Below are positions 41,609 to 54,131 of a DNA stretch of 64,000 bases, in pieces. Position numbers and translations under genes: made by a program. Every line of letters begins with the position of its first letter. Position 1 is the first letter of the stretch. The stretch covers positions 27,776,001-27,840,000 of the forward strand of contig OX597836.1 in assembly GCA_951406725.2 (NCBI GenBank), read 5' to 3'. The notes below the pieces were generated by a model, which did no database searches, was not told where the DNA came from, and worked only from the letters and a program-made list of their open reading frames with translations. Source of the stretch: Octopus vulgaris (taxonomy: Eukaryota).

Positions 41609-42020
41609 CAGTGTACATTTAAACACATAAGAGGTAACCAACATAGGATACCTGACACGCTAGAAGGAATAGCCAAAATCCAAACCACTATTAGGGATAA
41701 ACATTTACCATCTATCTCCTGGACCAGGGTTTCTGACTCTTGGTATTTGGGAAGAGAATGGCTTGCGCGGTGGATTTGAAAAATTATAATATATAAGCAC
41801 AGGGCGCATGCATGGATTGCCTTGTATTTATATGTTTAATCTAGGTGTACCTGCTGATGAAGACTCCGCCTAGCAAATTATTTTATTTGCTAATATAGAG
41901 TCAGAAACCATGGTCCAGGTTTCAAAATTTATCCCTAGTAGTGGTTTAGATTTTGGCTATTCCTTCTAGCATGCCAGGTATCCTATGATGGTTACCTCTT
42001 ATGTGTTTGAATGTACACTG
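41609..42020. repeat. ~125-bp inverted repeat in (TA)n context, Penelope-like inverted terminal repeat
   Basis: CAGTGTACATTTAAACACATAAGAGGTAACCA...TTTCTGACTCT is the diverged reverse complement of AGAGTCAGAAA...GAATGTACACTG. Confidence 0.85.
41849..41920 (+). ncRNA. type I hammerhead ribozyme, intact core
   Basis: Stem I ACCUG/CAGGU; CUGAUGA; stem II GACUC...GAGUC extended by UAGCAAAU/AUUUGCUA; GAAA; palindromic stem III CCAUGG; GUC cleavage triplet. Confidence 0.75.
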
Positions 42021-43239
42021 CATCTATATGAATAATATATATAGTCTATTGACTAATCTTTCTACACACTAGGCCACTGGGAGTAAAAATTTCAAAATAT
42101 ACAAAGTACGAGGACATGGAATAAGGGCTTTTTTTTGCAGGCAACAAAAGAAAGAAATGGAAAGCAAGACAAACAACACAAAGAACAACCCTTCATCAGT
42201 TGTTGGCTGTTTTTCTAATCCGTATTTTGAACAATTCACAAGATACACCTTCAATAACACAGTTGCTCCAGCAAAGCAAATTAAATAAAATTTGGGATCT
42301 GCGGAGGGTCAAAATTGGTGACAAAAACAGGACAGTGAAAACACAACAGCTCATTTAGGCTTAGCAACCCTCTGAATATATGTGTGTATATAATAACAAA
42401 GGGTAAAATTAATTAATTAAGAAGTAATCAGTAATTTCACCAAGTAGAATTCGACATGAAAAAGAGCATTTCACGGTAAGCTTAAGTAATACTTTATAAT
42501 TAGGGTTCAGCAGAGATTTGCTTCACCACATACCGAAGTTTAGAAATAGCAGTCAAAAAATCTTAGCTGTTCCTTCTACTTTAAAAGGGGCTCCCAGAAA
42601 AACCAAAGTACTTGAAAACATGTGTGTGTGTATATATATATATATGTGTGTGTGTGTATACACACATATATATATATAATCTCTCCCACGACCATTTTTG
42701 AACTTGTGCTTATGTTAGAAATATACATTGAAAACCAGTAGAGCAGTATTTAGTCATGTCCCTCACTGTCCTTATGTAACACCAGAATGGGTGCTCTTTA
42801 CATGGCACTGACATGCATAAAAAAGCACCCTTGTTGGCACCACATAGAAAGCATTGATGCCAGTGCAACATGGACACACCCATATCGGCACCATGTCCAA
42901 AGCACCCAGTAAACTCTGTAAAGCAGTTGGCATTAGCAACAGCATCCAGCCATAGGAACCAAGATGAAACAGACAAGTCACAAATGAAGCGTGATGGTCT
43001 ATTTGATACTGTGATATGCAAAAGGGGGTGCTAAAGAGTACCTGATTTTAGGGGAGCTGCAAGAGGCCTGGTTGGAGGGCCAACCTTCTGAATTCTTTTA
43101 CAGGGTTTAGAAAAACTGAAGGACCACTGCAATAAGTGTGTGCATCTGAGAGGAGAATATGTTGAATAAAATCATAATTAACTGGTCTTCCTGTATTTTC
43201 TTTTACCCAAAGCCAGCACCCCCTTGTGCTTATATATAT

Positions 43240-43570
43240 TCTTTTATTTGTTTCAGTCGTTTGACTGCAGCCATGCTGGAGCACTGCCTTGAAGGATTTT
43301 AGTCAAACAAATCAACCCCAGGTCTTACTTTTTAAGCCTAGTACTTATTCTATCAGTCTCTTTTGCAGAACCACTAAGTTACAGCAACGTAAACACCCTA
43401 ACACTGGTTGTCAAGTGGTGATGGGGGGACAAACATATGCACATGTATACACAATAGGTTTCTTTCAGTTTCTGCCTCCCAAATCCACTCACAAGGCTTT
43501 GGTCAGCCGATGGCTATAGTAGAAGGTACAGCAAAGTGTTATGCAATGGGACTGAACCCGATACCATGAG
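43240..43570 (-). mobile_element. major octopus-type tRNA SINE, CpG-decayed
   Basis: Consensus blocks present, with many CG->TG/CA changes. Confidence 0.75.
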
Positions 43571-43852
43571 GTGTCATGAATGTTACCATTTCCTTTCCTT
43601 GACATCACATGATAGTTGTTAACAAGTGCCACTGTTATGCAAGCAGTGTGTCCTTCATTCTTCTCAATCTTCCAAGACATGCCTAGACATGGTGAAATAC
43701 TTGCTTAATTGGAAATAGGTGAAAATTAATAACAGAAAAGGCAACAAGCCATAAAAAAATCTTGCCTCAGCAAACTCTCGTCCGACTCGTGCAAGCGTGG
43801 AGAAGTGGTTGTTAAAACAATAATGATAATATAAACGTATTCATTAGCTTAC

Positions 43853-43933
43853 TGTGACAGGGAATTCTGATGTCATCGCTAAACGGTTTGCTGGATTTTC
43901 AAGTGTCTCATTGCTGTCCTTCTTGACCAGGAT
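43853..43933 (-). CDS. EBAG9: EBAG9 coding exon 3 (ILVKKDSNETLENPANRLAMTSEFPVT)
   Basis: Corresponds to human IVIKK...SSRLA. ttccag| acceptor and ACA|gtaagc donor, 81 nt, phase 0-0. Confidence 0.88.
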
Positions 43934-44029
43934 CTGGAATAGAAATAATAAATGACAGCAGGCAAGGAAAAAAACCCAATGATAACACAACAGGGGAGTC
44001 TGTCTGTCATGACAGAGCAGTAAAAGCTC

Positions 44030-44427
44030 CTTTACACGGCTGTCCTTGTCCATACGCATCACCTGACCATACCAGTGCAGTCTTCTCTCTTGCACACTAC
44101 ATCTGATGCCTCTTATGCTCAATTTTTCTCTCAAGACACTTACACTCTGTTGTACATGCACACTGACATTGTACATTCAACAAAACATTAGCTTCATTTC
44201 TTTCAAGCCTTCGCATGTCCTCTGCAGCCACAGCCCATGTTTCATTGTGGTGCAGCATAGCTGCTTACACACAGGCATCATACAATCTGCTTTTCATTCT
44301 GAAGGAGAGGACCTTTGTTACCAACAAAGGTAGAAGCATTCTGAGCTAGGCCCAGACTATTCTAATCCTAGCAGCTATGCTCTCAGTGCATCCACTTCCA
44401 CTGCTGATTTGGTCCCCGAGGTAACAG
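44030..44427 (-). mobile_element. RTE-type LINE RT C-terminal fragment
   Basis: VLREKLSIRGIRCSVQERRLHWYGQVMRMDKDS is typical of the RTE 'RRL.W.GHV.RM' region. Confidence 0.7.
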
Positions 44428-44600
44428 TATTTTTCGTCATGGACAAATGAATTTGGAAGAGGGTCCTTGCAAGTCTACCAGATAGATGGAAAAGCATTGT
44501 AGAAAATGAAGGAGGGAGTATATTTTAGATTAAAAAAAGAACTCTGTTTATCTTAAATTTGAAGAATAAAAAAACGCATTATTTATAGGACGACCCAATT
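44428..44600 (+). mobile_element. 3' end of a mariner of the same family as 32259-33462
   Basis: AGTCTACCAGATAGATGGAA.AGCATTGTAGAAAATGA... and TIR CATTATTTATAGGACGACCCAA. Confidence 0.8.
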
Positions 44601-45169
44601 GGTATTGGCATCCTTTCTGTCTCGGGAGACAATGGAATTGCGCATGAAGTAGTCTAGTCCGACTTTTATATTTCATGTCCTGATACATTTCCTGCTGTGG
44701 CTGTGTAGCCCTATCCTGGACAAACACTCCCTCTGGCAGGTACCGCAAATGTAGCGAAAACTGTTCCTGGCTGGTTGTAGTGCCATAGTCTCTTGTTTAC
44801 GTCTCTTCCTTTCTTTCCATTTCTCCTCTCTCTCTCTGTCACTCTTTTGTATTCCCTCTTTTACTGTACGTCGCCATTCTCCACGGTTGCCAGCAACTGC
44901 CTCCCAATATACATATATATATCACCATCATCATCATCATCATCGTTTAACGTCCGCTTTCCATGCTAGCATGGGTTGGACGATTTGACTGAGGTCTGGC
45001 GAACCAGATGGCCACATCAGACTCCAATCTGATCTGGCAGTTTCTACAGCTGGATGCCCTTCATAACGCCAAGAGTGTAGTGGGTGCTTTTCCATGCCAC
45101 CAGCATGAGGGCCATTTAGGTGCTACTTGCAACATCCACGCTCAAATGGTGCTACACACACACAGGGTA

Positions 45170-45838
45170 AATTGTCACCATTTTATATTTTTAATTTCAG
45201 GCATGCAACTACACAGTATAGTAGGGTCAGTTGGACACTACCTGTGAGAAAGACTGCACCACGATGAAATTCACTCTGCCAGAAATTTAGAAACATGCTG
45301 TACTACTTGGCATTTACACTGGAAGCTCCGGTATGAACAGATGGTGAACACACAGAACAACCATTGGTTTGCCATGTCCCCAAAACATGTACCGAGAGGG
45401 ATAAAAATTAAACATCCAGTCAACATCATGGTGTTTAGAGTGATCACTTGTGATAGTGACATTATGCTTCCATTCATCTTCTCACATGGCCTCAGACTCA
45501 ATCTGAAGGCCTATATCAAGTGCATGGATGAGATAGTGCTGCCTAGGATCAAAAGGGTGGCTGCTGGAAGACCCTATATCTGGCAACAGGACTCTGCAGC
45601 ATGCCACACAAGCAAGAAAACCCTGTCATGGCCGTCAGACAATTTCTGCAACCCTAACATTTGGCCACCTAACTCCTCAGACTGCAACCTCTTTGATTAT
45701 TATGTGTGCAGCACAGTTGAGCGAGAGATCAACAAAACTCCTTGCAACACCGAAGATGAACTGAAGGCAAGGATTATGGCAGCATTCATCAACTTTAACA
45801 AAGAGACCATCCAGAAAAGTTGCAGGAGATTCTGAAGC
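45170..45838 (+). mobile_element. decayed maT/DD37D-like transposase fragment
   Basis: IMVF.VIT...PFIF..GLRLN...YIWQQDSA.CHTS...WPPNSSDCN.FDYYV...ELKARI. Confidence 0.8.
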
Positions 45839-45839
45839 T

Positions 45840-46240
45840 GTCTGACGGCTCACACACATGGCAGGTCTTCCAGGTAGCCCATCTTCCAGGGATGTTCTTC
45901 TACTTTTGTAGCACTCATGCCACTCAAAACACTGCATATGACCCACTGCCTTGTTTCCAAAGCATGCTCAATGTCTCCATAGCAGACTTCCCAAGTTTGA
46001 AGCAAAATTTCACATTGGTTCTTTGTTCCAACTTCCTGTCCATGACAAAATTGCAGATTACAGCATACACATGATAACAAAAACACAAATTACACAACTT
46101 GCAAAGTAAACACAGCAATGTCACTTGGCCCACTGCCTCACAAGGGTCACTGTTAGCCCTCACTGTGCACACAACCATGTGTTGCCATCTGTTGATGCAC
46201 TACAGAACTAGTCTGGGAACTTTTTGATACCATCTTGATA
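45840..46240 (-). mobile_element. mariner 5' fragment
   Basis: Minus-strand TIR-like GGTATCAAAAAGTTCCCAGACT, then MDRKLEQRTNVKFCFKLGKSAMETLSML and SLEDGLPGRP. Confidence 0.75.
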
Positions 46241-46269
46241 TATATGCACACACACACACACACATGTAT

Positions 46270-46705
46270 GGGAGTGAGACATGATGTCTGAGAGAGAGAG
46301 GGCAATTTTGAGAAGGACCGAGAGAGCAATGGTGAGAGAAATGTGTGGTGTGAAGCTGTTTGATAAAAGAAGAACTGAGGACTTGATGGGGATGCTGGGG
46401 GTTGGAGAAATCAGCGGAATGGTTGGCAAGGGCAAATGGAGGGTGGTGGATGGGGATGTAGAACATGTTCTGAGGAGGGTGCCAGAGTTTGAGGTGAATG
46501 GACAGCGAAAGCGAGGTAGACCAAGGAAAATGTGGAGAGGACAGGTGGAGGAGGAGATTGGGAAGGCTGACTTGAGAAGGGAGGACGCCTGAAACAGGGC
46601 AAGATGGTGAGATGGTGTGAGGGCGGTTGCTATGGCATTGAGATAGATCTAGCCACCCCTGTTAACAGGGACAAAACCTGGATTTAAATCACCAGATGAT
46701 GATGA
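46270..46705 (+). mobile_element. RTE-type LINE 3' end
   Basis: RTERAMVREMCGVKL.DK...GQRKRGRPRKMW, followed by a short UTR and (GAT)n tail. Confidence 0.8.
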
Positions 46706-46947
46706 CACACACACACACACACATACAACAAGCTTCTTTAAAACTCCATCTACCAAATCCACTCACAAGGTTTTGATCAGCCTGAGGCTATAGTAGAAAA
46801 GCCATATTTCAGCTGTTACATAGTGGAACTGAACCCAGAACCATGTGTTTACAAAGCAAGCCTCTTAATCCCACAGCCATGTCTACAACTAAAGAAGTTT
46901 CTCACACAGCATGATGGGAGGTTTTGATTAAAACAAAGAAAAACAAA

Positions 46948-47335
46948 GGCGCAGGAGTGGCTGTGTGGTAAGTAGCTTGCTAACCAACCACATAGTTCCG
47001 GGTTCAGTCCCACTGCGTGGCACCTTGGGCAAGTGTCTTCTATTAAGACCTCGGGCCGACCAAAGCCTTGTGAGTGGATTTGGTAGACGGAAACTGAAAG
47101 AAGCCCGTCGTATATATGTCTATATATATATGTGTGTGTAAGTTTGTGTGTCTGTGTTTGTCCCCCTAGCATCGCTTGACAATCAATGCTGGTGTGTTTA
47201 CGTCCCTGTAACTTAGCAGTTTGGCAAAAGAGACCGATAGAATAAGTACTAGGCTTACAAAGAATAAGTCCTGGGGTCAATTTGCTCGACTAAAGGTGGT
47301 GCTCCAGCATGGCCGCAGTCAAAAGAGTAAAAGAG
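46948..47335 (+). mobile_element. major octopus-type tRNA SINE
   Basis: Full head-to-tail consensus. Confidence 0.85.
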
Positions 47336-47427
47336 TAAGGATTTTTGATCCCCAGAACCAAAGGGAGTCTCAGACAAATCGCTGGAGAAAGGAACAAATA
47401 AAACATAAGCAAGAAGAAAGAACTTAC

Positions 47428-47574
47428 TTTAGTGGTTCTCTTGATTTTTGGTGCCATGTCTTGGAAGAAGTCGATATCAGGCTCTTGCTCACCGTTCTCG
47501 CTTTTGTTGCGGTTTCTGCTGGACTTATATTCAGGGTCTTCCATTTCCCATGATTCCCAAGGCTGGAGTTCACC
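47428..47574 (-). CDS. EBAG9: EBAG9 coding exon 2 (GELQPWESWE...PDIDFFQDMAPKIKRTTK)
   Basis: Matches EBAG9 'EWTSWD...EPDYFKDMTPTIRKTQK'. ccacag| acceptor and AAA|gtaagt donor, 147 nt. Confidence 0.92.
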
Positions 47575-47905
47575 CTGTGGAGGTTTTAGAAGGTTAGAAA
47601 GGAAGATAACATTTGCTGCCACTGAAAAAACCCCTACACATGCAGACACACACACAGAAACATAGACATACATATGCAGTGGGAAACAAATGTACATACA
47701 CACACACATAGAAATACAGACACAGTAGTGAAACACAGTCACTACTATACAAAAATAGAGACACAGAGAGACATTGCCAAACACACACACACATTGAGAA
47801 ATAGACACACACATAAACAAGCATAGATACATGCACAAACACAACCCAAAAGGGAGACCCGTTCAGCATATCAAACAGTGAGGGGACAAATACAGACTCA
47901 CTAAC

Positions 47906-47944
<39 letters not shown>

Positions 47945-47945
<1 letters not shown>

Positions 47946-48380
47946 CCAGCGTCGCTGTGAGCGGTACATCATTTGTACGATGTGGAAAATATACCGCCAA
48001 CTTTGCCCAAGCGACCTAAACATTAGCTTCAAGATTCATCCAAGACTTGGACCACGGGCTATACATCCCCTGCCCAATTCAAGATCACAACATACATGTA
48101 CACTGCAACATAATTTCTTTTCCTCAACAGGCCCTGCCCTATTTAACATTGTCCCGAGGGAGATCAAAGAGGAAAAGGATCCCATCAACTTTAAACAGAG
48201 TCTGGATAGATTCCTTCAAAGAATACCAGATAAGCCACCCATAATTGGATACAACTCACCCAACAAGAACTCACTACTTCAACAAAACTTGACTTAAACA
48301 GGATTCCAATAATCCTATCAGGTGGTGCTATTAAGTTAGACATGGCCTGGACCAATCTTTGGTCGAAACATATCTAAGTT
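47945..48380 (+). mobile_element. CR1-like LINE 3' end
   Basis: HNFFSSTGPALFNIVPREIKE....FKQSLDRFLQRIPDKP...NSL, typical of the C-terminus after the RT. Flanked by (TA)n. Confidence 0.7.
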
Positions 48381-49101
48381 TATATATATATATATAAACT
48401 CAGAGTTTTATCTTGACTATTGAGTAATTGTAACATATTATTTTATAGATAAATTTCCTCTATTTACATAATATTGAGGTCTCTTTCTTTCTTTTGTTAT
48501 CTTACCGTTTTTACCAATATATATATATATATATATATATACAGCGGGCTTCTTTCAGCTTCCGTCTACCAAATCCACTCACAAGGCATTGGTGAGTCCA
48601 AGGCTATAGTAGAAGACACTTGCCCAAGGTGCCACGCAGTGAGACTGAACCTGAAACCATGTATTTGGGAAGCAAGCTTCTTACGACACAACCACTCTTG
48701 CGCCTATTGCTACTAATCCATAGCAATACTCAAAGTCATGTGAAAGAGTACTGATATTTTTGAAACATATATAGATAGGGTGTGATAAGAATAAAGCTGA
48801 AGTTGTCAGCCATCAGAAGCAGAAAGCAGTTATATCCACCCAAAATGTATTTAACTACCGGAAGTGGTTTTATTCTGTGGTTTTGAGAAAAACCCTCTTC
48901 AGGTTGTGAGAAATGGAGACACCCTTAGTAACATCTTTTACAACAGAAAGAGACAAAAATACTACATGGCATTTTGTTACTCAGCCTTATGTTGCTGCTA
49001 ACCTACCGTCTATTTACTTCTGTATTCTGTCTACGATATATTTGGTTTGGTTCTAAAATAGGACGAAAACAACAAAATGTAACAAAATAGTTTTATCTTA
49101 C

Positions 49102-49275
49102 TTCGGGAGGTAAAGATGATGTGGAGACTGTGTGGGGAGCACTGTAAACGGCATTCAAGGGTAAAATAGGAGTATCGGAGTGTCGTCGGCGCCGGCATAT
49201 TAGTCGACGAACTGGAGACAGGATCAGAAAGACAATGTTGAAAATCTTCTTCACAAAATTCACTAAAATTTTCAT
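49102..49275 (-). CDS. EBAG9: EBAG9 coding exon 1 (MKILVNFVKKIFNIVFLILSPVRRLICRRRRHSD...)
   Basis: Hydrophobic N-terminus followed by RRLICR (human KRLICR). aacag|G-ATG acceptor and GAA|gtaaga donor. The four exons total 204 aa. Confidence 0.9.
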
Positions 49276-49361
49276 CCTGTTCGTTGGTAGAAAGAGAATA
49301 AAAGAAAAGACAATATCAATATTGTGAAAACACACAACTAAACAATAAAATAGGACATATA

Positions 49362-49790
49362 TCATCATCGTTTAACGTCCGTTCTCCATGCTAGCATGGG
49401 TTGGACGGTTCGACCGGGGATCTGGGAAGCCAGAAGGCTGCACCAGGCTCCGGTCTTATCTGGCAATGTTTCTACAGCTGGATGCCCTTCCTAACACCAA
49501 CCACTCCATGAGTGTAGTGGGTGCTTTTTACGTGCCACCTGCACTGGTGCCAGGCGAGGCTGGCATCGGCCACGGTCGGATTGGTGCATTTTACGTGCCA
49601 CCTGCACGGAAGCCAGTCGAGGTGGCACTGGCTTCAGCCACGATTCGGATGGTGCTTTTTACGTGCGACTGACACGGAAGTCAGGCGAGGTGGCACTGGC
49701 TTCGGCCACGATTCGGATGGTGCTTTTTACGTATCTCCAGTCCAGGGGTCCTGGCATCTGCCGGGTGCCAGTCATAGGATTGGTTCAATT
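49362..49790 (-). mobile_element. retroposon with (GAT)n tail and internal ~60-bp tandem repeats
   Basis: GGTGCTTTT(T)ACGT... unit repeated ~4 times at 49520-49735. Confidence 0.7.
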
Positions 49791-49799
49791 TCGATTCCG

Positions 49800-49874
<75 letters not shown>

Positions 49875-49892
49875 CACACAATTTCGATTCCG

Positions 49893-49927
<35 letters not shown>

Positions 49928-50686
49928 TATATATATGTATACACACACACACACACATATATATATACACACACACATATATATATATATAAATTTAAAT
50001 TAAGAAAAAAATGGAGAAATCTTGATCAACAATAATTGACTACCATCTATTATTATTTTTTAATACAAAACTTTATTCTATCTAACAGCCGTTTCTGCTC
50101 CCAATGTCCTGAAATGTTGCCAAAGAACTCTACTAACCTTATATGTAGATAGATACACAGGTGCAGGAGTGGCTGTGTGGTAAGTAGCTTGGTTACCAAC
50201 TACAAGGTTCTGGGTTCAGTCCCACTGCGTGGCACTTTGGGCAAGTGTCTTCTACTATAGCCTCAGGCCAAGCAAAGTGAGTGGATGTGGTAGACAGGAA
50301 CTGAAAGAAGCCCATCGTGTATATATATATATAAGATATAAGTCAGTAACAAAGAAGTATATGTGACAATTCATTATGGCCATTTCTGTAAAGACCATGT
50401 CTGAATAGCTAAGAGCGGATATCTTCACTCAGCTGGGTCTTATTATCTGTATACACTGCAAGAAAATCTGGTGGCCACTACTTAAGCACCTAGTCTGATA
50501 GTCACTTGATATTGGAGCCTGGTACAGCTCCTATCCTTGCCAACTCCTGCCAAACCCTCCAACCCAGGCCAGCATGGAAAACAGACATATGGCAATGATG
50601 GTGATGAGAGATATAAGGAAAGAAACAAAAATGGAAGAGAGCAGGAATTGTGAATAAGAACTGAGAAATAATAATAATAATAATAA

Positions 50687-51239
50687 TGCCCTGATGCAGT
50701 ACCAGACAGTGACTCTCATGGCTTTTGATCTTAACTGATTGGAAGTGTTATCATTGTACATTGTTTTGTCTTGGTATAAAAGATGGGCTACAGCAAATAT
50801 TCTGCTCAATACCACAGATTTGCTTGTCAGTTGTTTAACCTTAACCAGTCGACCATGTCCCTTAGTGGCTAACAATATGTGCATCTCTGATCACAAGCAA
50901 AAGTAGTTGGGGAGCATCATAGCCATGTGTTGAGAGGGATTTTTTGGGGTTTGAATATTTCACCTCTGGAAACATGGGTGTTTCGTTCAACATCCTTAAA
51001 CAATCCTTATTCAGGGACCTTTTGAGTGGGATGGGCTACTAAACCAGAAGAAAATTCTAACTGGGTCCCCACCTGCAAGGTCATGCGCTGTTTATCTTGA
51101 TATGAGATCATCATGTTGCGCACATTTGTGATGCATGTGCCTGGTGTACCCTTATCAGACGGGTAATCATGATGGGTATACTGGGCTTCGTATATTTTAC
51201 GTCAGTGTCACTTTGATGGCATGCACTGCTCTCTAACTC

Positions 51240-51240
<1 letters not shown>
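50687..51240. mobile_element. ~550-bp unclassified element flanked by (AAT)n on both sides
   Basis: Complex sequence with (AAT)n at 50668-50686 and 51240-51280. No coding motif recognised. Confidence 0.4.
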
Positions 51241-51274
<34 letters not shown>

Positions 51275-51769
51275 TAATAATAGAGTCAGTGGTATCTTTG
51301 CAAATATTTTCTTCTGAATTATTTGCTCCTTATTGAAATTATTTTTTACTAAAAAGCACCCACTATACTCTCGGTAGAACATCCAGCTGTAGAAACTTTG
51401 CCAGATGAGATTGGAGCCTGGTGCAGCCTTCTGGCTTCCCAGACCCCAGTCGAACCATCCAACCCATGCCAGCATGGAAAACGGTCGTTAAACGATGATG
51501 ATGATGACTGGTGACTTGTATGATTTGGTGCAAAATGATTTAGTTGCAGCGCAGACTTCAACGTGATGTGTTGGGGCTCTCCATCATGGAAATATGTGCT
51601 GAGGAACGTTAGGCCATTATACCAGTCCAGAAACCGGTTCACATGAGTGCAAATACTTGAATGTAGGCTGATAACATTCTTAGTCATTTGGCATTTTATC
51701 TTAGTTTATGGGGTGTTTTTTGTAGTATGGCGCACTTTTGAATTCTTAGTCTTTTCTTTTTTTTTTTAT

Positions 51770-51980
51770 CTTTTATTTGTTTCAGTCATTTGACTGCGGC
51801 CATGCTGGAGCACTGCTTTTAGTCAAGCAAATCGACCCCAGGACTTATCTTTGTAAGCCTAGTACTTATTCTATCGGTCTCTCTTGCCAAACTGCTAAGT
51901 GACGAGGACATAAACACACCAGCATCGGTTGTCAAGCGATGTTGGGGGGACAAACACAGACACACAAACATATATGTGTG

Positions 51981-52040
<60 letters not shown>

Positions 52041-52198
52041 ACGGGCTTCTTTCAGTTTCCATCTACCAAATCCACTCACAAGGCTTTGATTGGCCCGAGG
52101 CTATAGTCAAAGACACTTGCCCTAGGTACCACACAGTGGGACTGAACCCGGAACCATGTGGTTGGTAAGCAAGCTACTTACCACACAGCCACTCCTGC
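51770..52198 (-). mobile_element. major octopus-type tRNA SINE
   Basis: Consensus blocks with internal (TA)n. Confidence 0.85.
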
Positions 52199-52245
52199 CA
52201 TTCTATTTGTATTTTATTCACATATATATTTTTATCTTGTGTTTT

Positions 52246-52278
<33 letters not shown>

Positions 52279-52478
52279 TTTTTTTTATATATAATGGTGA
52301 TGTTTATATATGATTAAATGTTTGAGGTATAATGTTATGTATCAAGTCATGGACTCGAATTTAATGCTTGTTCTATGACCTATGTTTATTTATCTTTGTC
52401 TCATTTACATTTGAGCACTTCTTTTGCAGTCCTAAAATCTCTTTTGTTTCTATAAAAAGAGACAAATATTATTTCTTG

Positions 52479-52573
<95 letters not shown>

Positions 52574-52587
52574 CATGTGTGTGTGTG

Positions 52588-52890
52588 TGGAGGCACAATG
52601 GCCCAGTGGTTAGGGCAACGGACTCGCAGTCGTAGGATCACAGTTTCGATTCCTAGACCGGACATCGTGAGTGTTTATTGAGCAAAAACACCTAAATCTC
52701 CACGAGGCTCCGGCAGGGGGTTGTGGCGACCCCTGCTGTACTCTTTCGCCACAACTTTCTCTCACTCTTTCTTCTGTTGACCTACTCGCTTAGCCAGCGA
52801 GGTGGCGTCATTTGAATTCTAAAACAATGTGAAGCGCATTGTGACCAGTGATGTGTAGCAACATCAGATAGTCTGGTCAGTTACGGTGAA
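52588..52890 (+). mobile_element. tRNA-derived SINE
   Basis: TGGCCCAGTGGTTAG A box and GTTTCGATTCC B box. Head shared with 666-1023. Confidence 0.75.
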
Positions 52891-53612
52891 ATATATATAT
52901 ATATATATATATATATCAGCAACAACCAAACTATTTGGCTGTTTTTTTCTTGTAGAATCAGCTCTAAAATTAAAATTGTACATAGATGGCGATAGGAAGG
53001 GCATCCAGCCGTAGAAACATTGCCAGATCAGACTGGGCCTGGTGCAGCCTTCTCGCTTCCCAGACCCCAGTTGCACCGTCCAACCCATGCCAGCATGGAA
53101 AGCGGACGCTAAACGATGATGATGATGATGATGACAGGCTTCTTTCAGTTTCTGTCCACCAAATTACAAGGCTTTGGTTGGCTTGAGGCTATAGTAGAAG
53201 ACACTTGCTCAAGGTGTCACACAGTGGGACTATATATATATATATTTTGTGTGAAATCTGTTTATGCCCTGTAACCCAGCAGTTTAACAAAAATTGCTAG
53301 ATAAAATAAACAACAGACTAAAATGACATTGGAATTGATATGATCGAAATATTTTTGTGATAAAAGTTGATAAGAGTGAATGTTTGTGCAGGAAATATGA
53401 AAGGACGTGATGATAAGCAGAACAATAGATGTTTTGGTGCAACAGACTGTCATAGCAACCAAATGTTTTATAATAGAAGTGTGTGGCAGAGAACATGGTT
53501 TTTTAAAAATCTTTAGGATGCAGATTATTCTGTTAAATGTAATCCTTGTTAATTCACATTGCTTTGAATTAATCGTGTATTATTTCATAGCTTTGAGATG
53601 TTAATAATAATT

Positions 53613-53798
53613 ACTCTTTTACTTGTTTCAGTCATTTGACAGCGGCCATGCTGGAGCACTGCCTTTTAGTTGAACAAATCGAACCCAGGACTTATTCTTT
53701 GTGAGCCTAGTACTTATTCTATTGGGGTCTTTTGCTGAACTGCTAAGTTACGGGGACATAAACACACCAACTTTGTCAAGCAATGGTGGGATGTGCAA

Positions 53799-53857
<59 letters not shown>

Positions 53858-54131
53858 ATAATAAAGGGTAAAATTGATAATTTTACCAAGTAGTTTGGTA
53901 TGTTAAAAGAACCATTATCAGTAACCTGTATAAGGTTTATATATATATATATATATATACATATACGATGGGCTTCTTTCAGTTTCCATCTATCATATCC
54001 ACTCACAAGGCTTTGGTCAGCCTGAGGCTATAGCCGAAGATACATGCCCAAGGTGCCGTGCAGTGGGACTGAACCCAGAACCATGCGGTTGGGAAGCAAG
54101 CTTCTTACCACACACAGCCACACCTGCGCCT
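53613..54131 (-). mobile_element. major octopus-type tRNA SINE, CpG-decayed
   Basis: Consensus blocks. The internal (TA)n carries a small extra insertion. Confidence 0.8.

Noticed and set aside
42180-42220. Minus-strand CUGAUGA in a Penelope-like repeat
   Set aside because: No correctly placed stem II/GAAA/NUH downstream, so it is not a complete hammerhead.
49520-49735. ~60-bp periodic repeats resembling a repeat-spacer array
   Set aside because: The intervening segments are homologous to each other and the array lies inside a retroposon also seen at 36722. It is a minisatellite, not a CRISPR.
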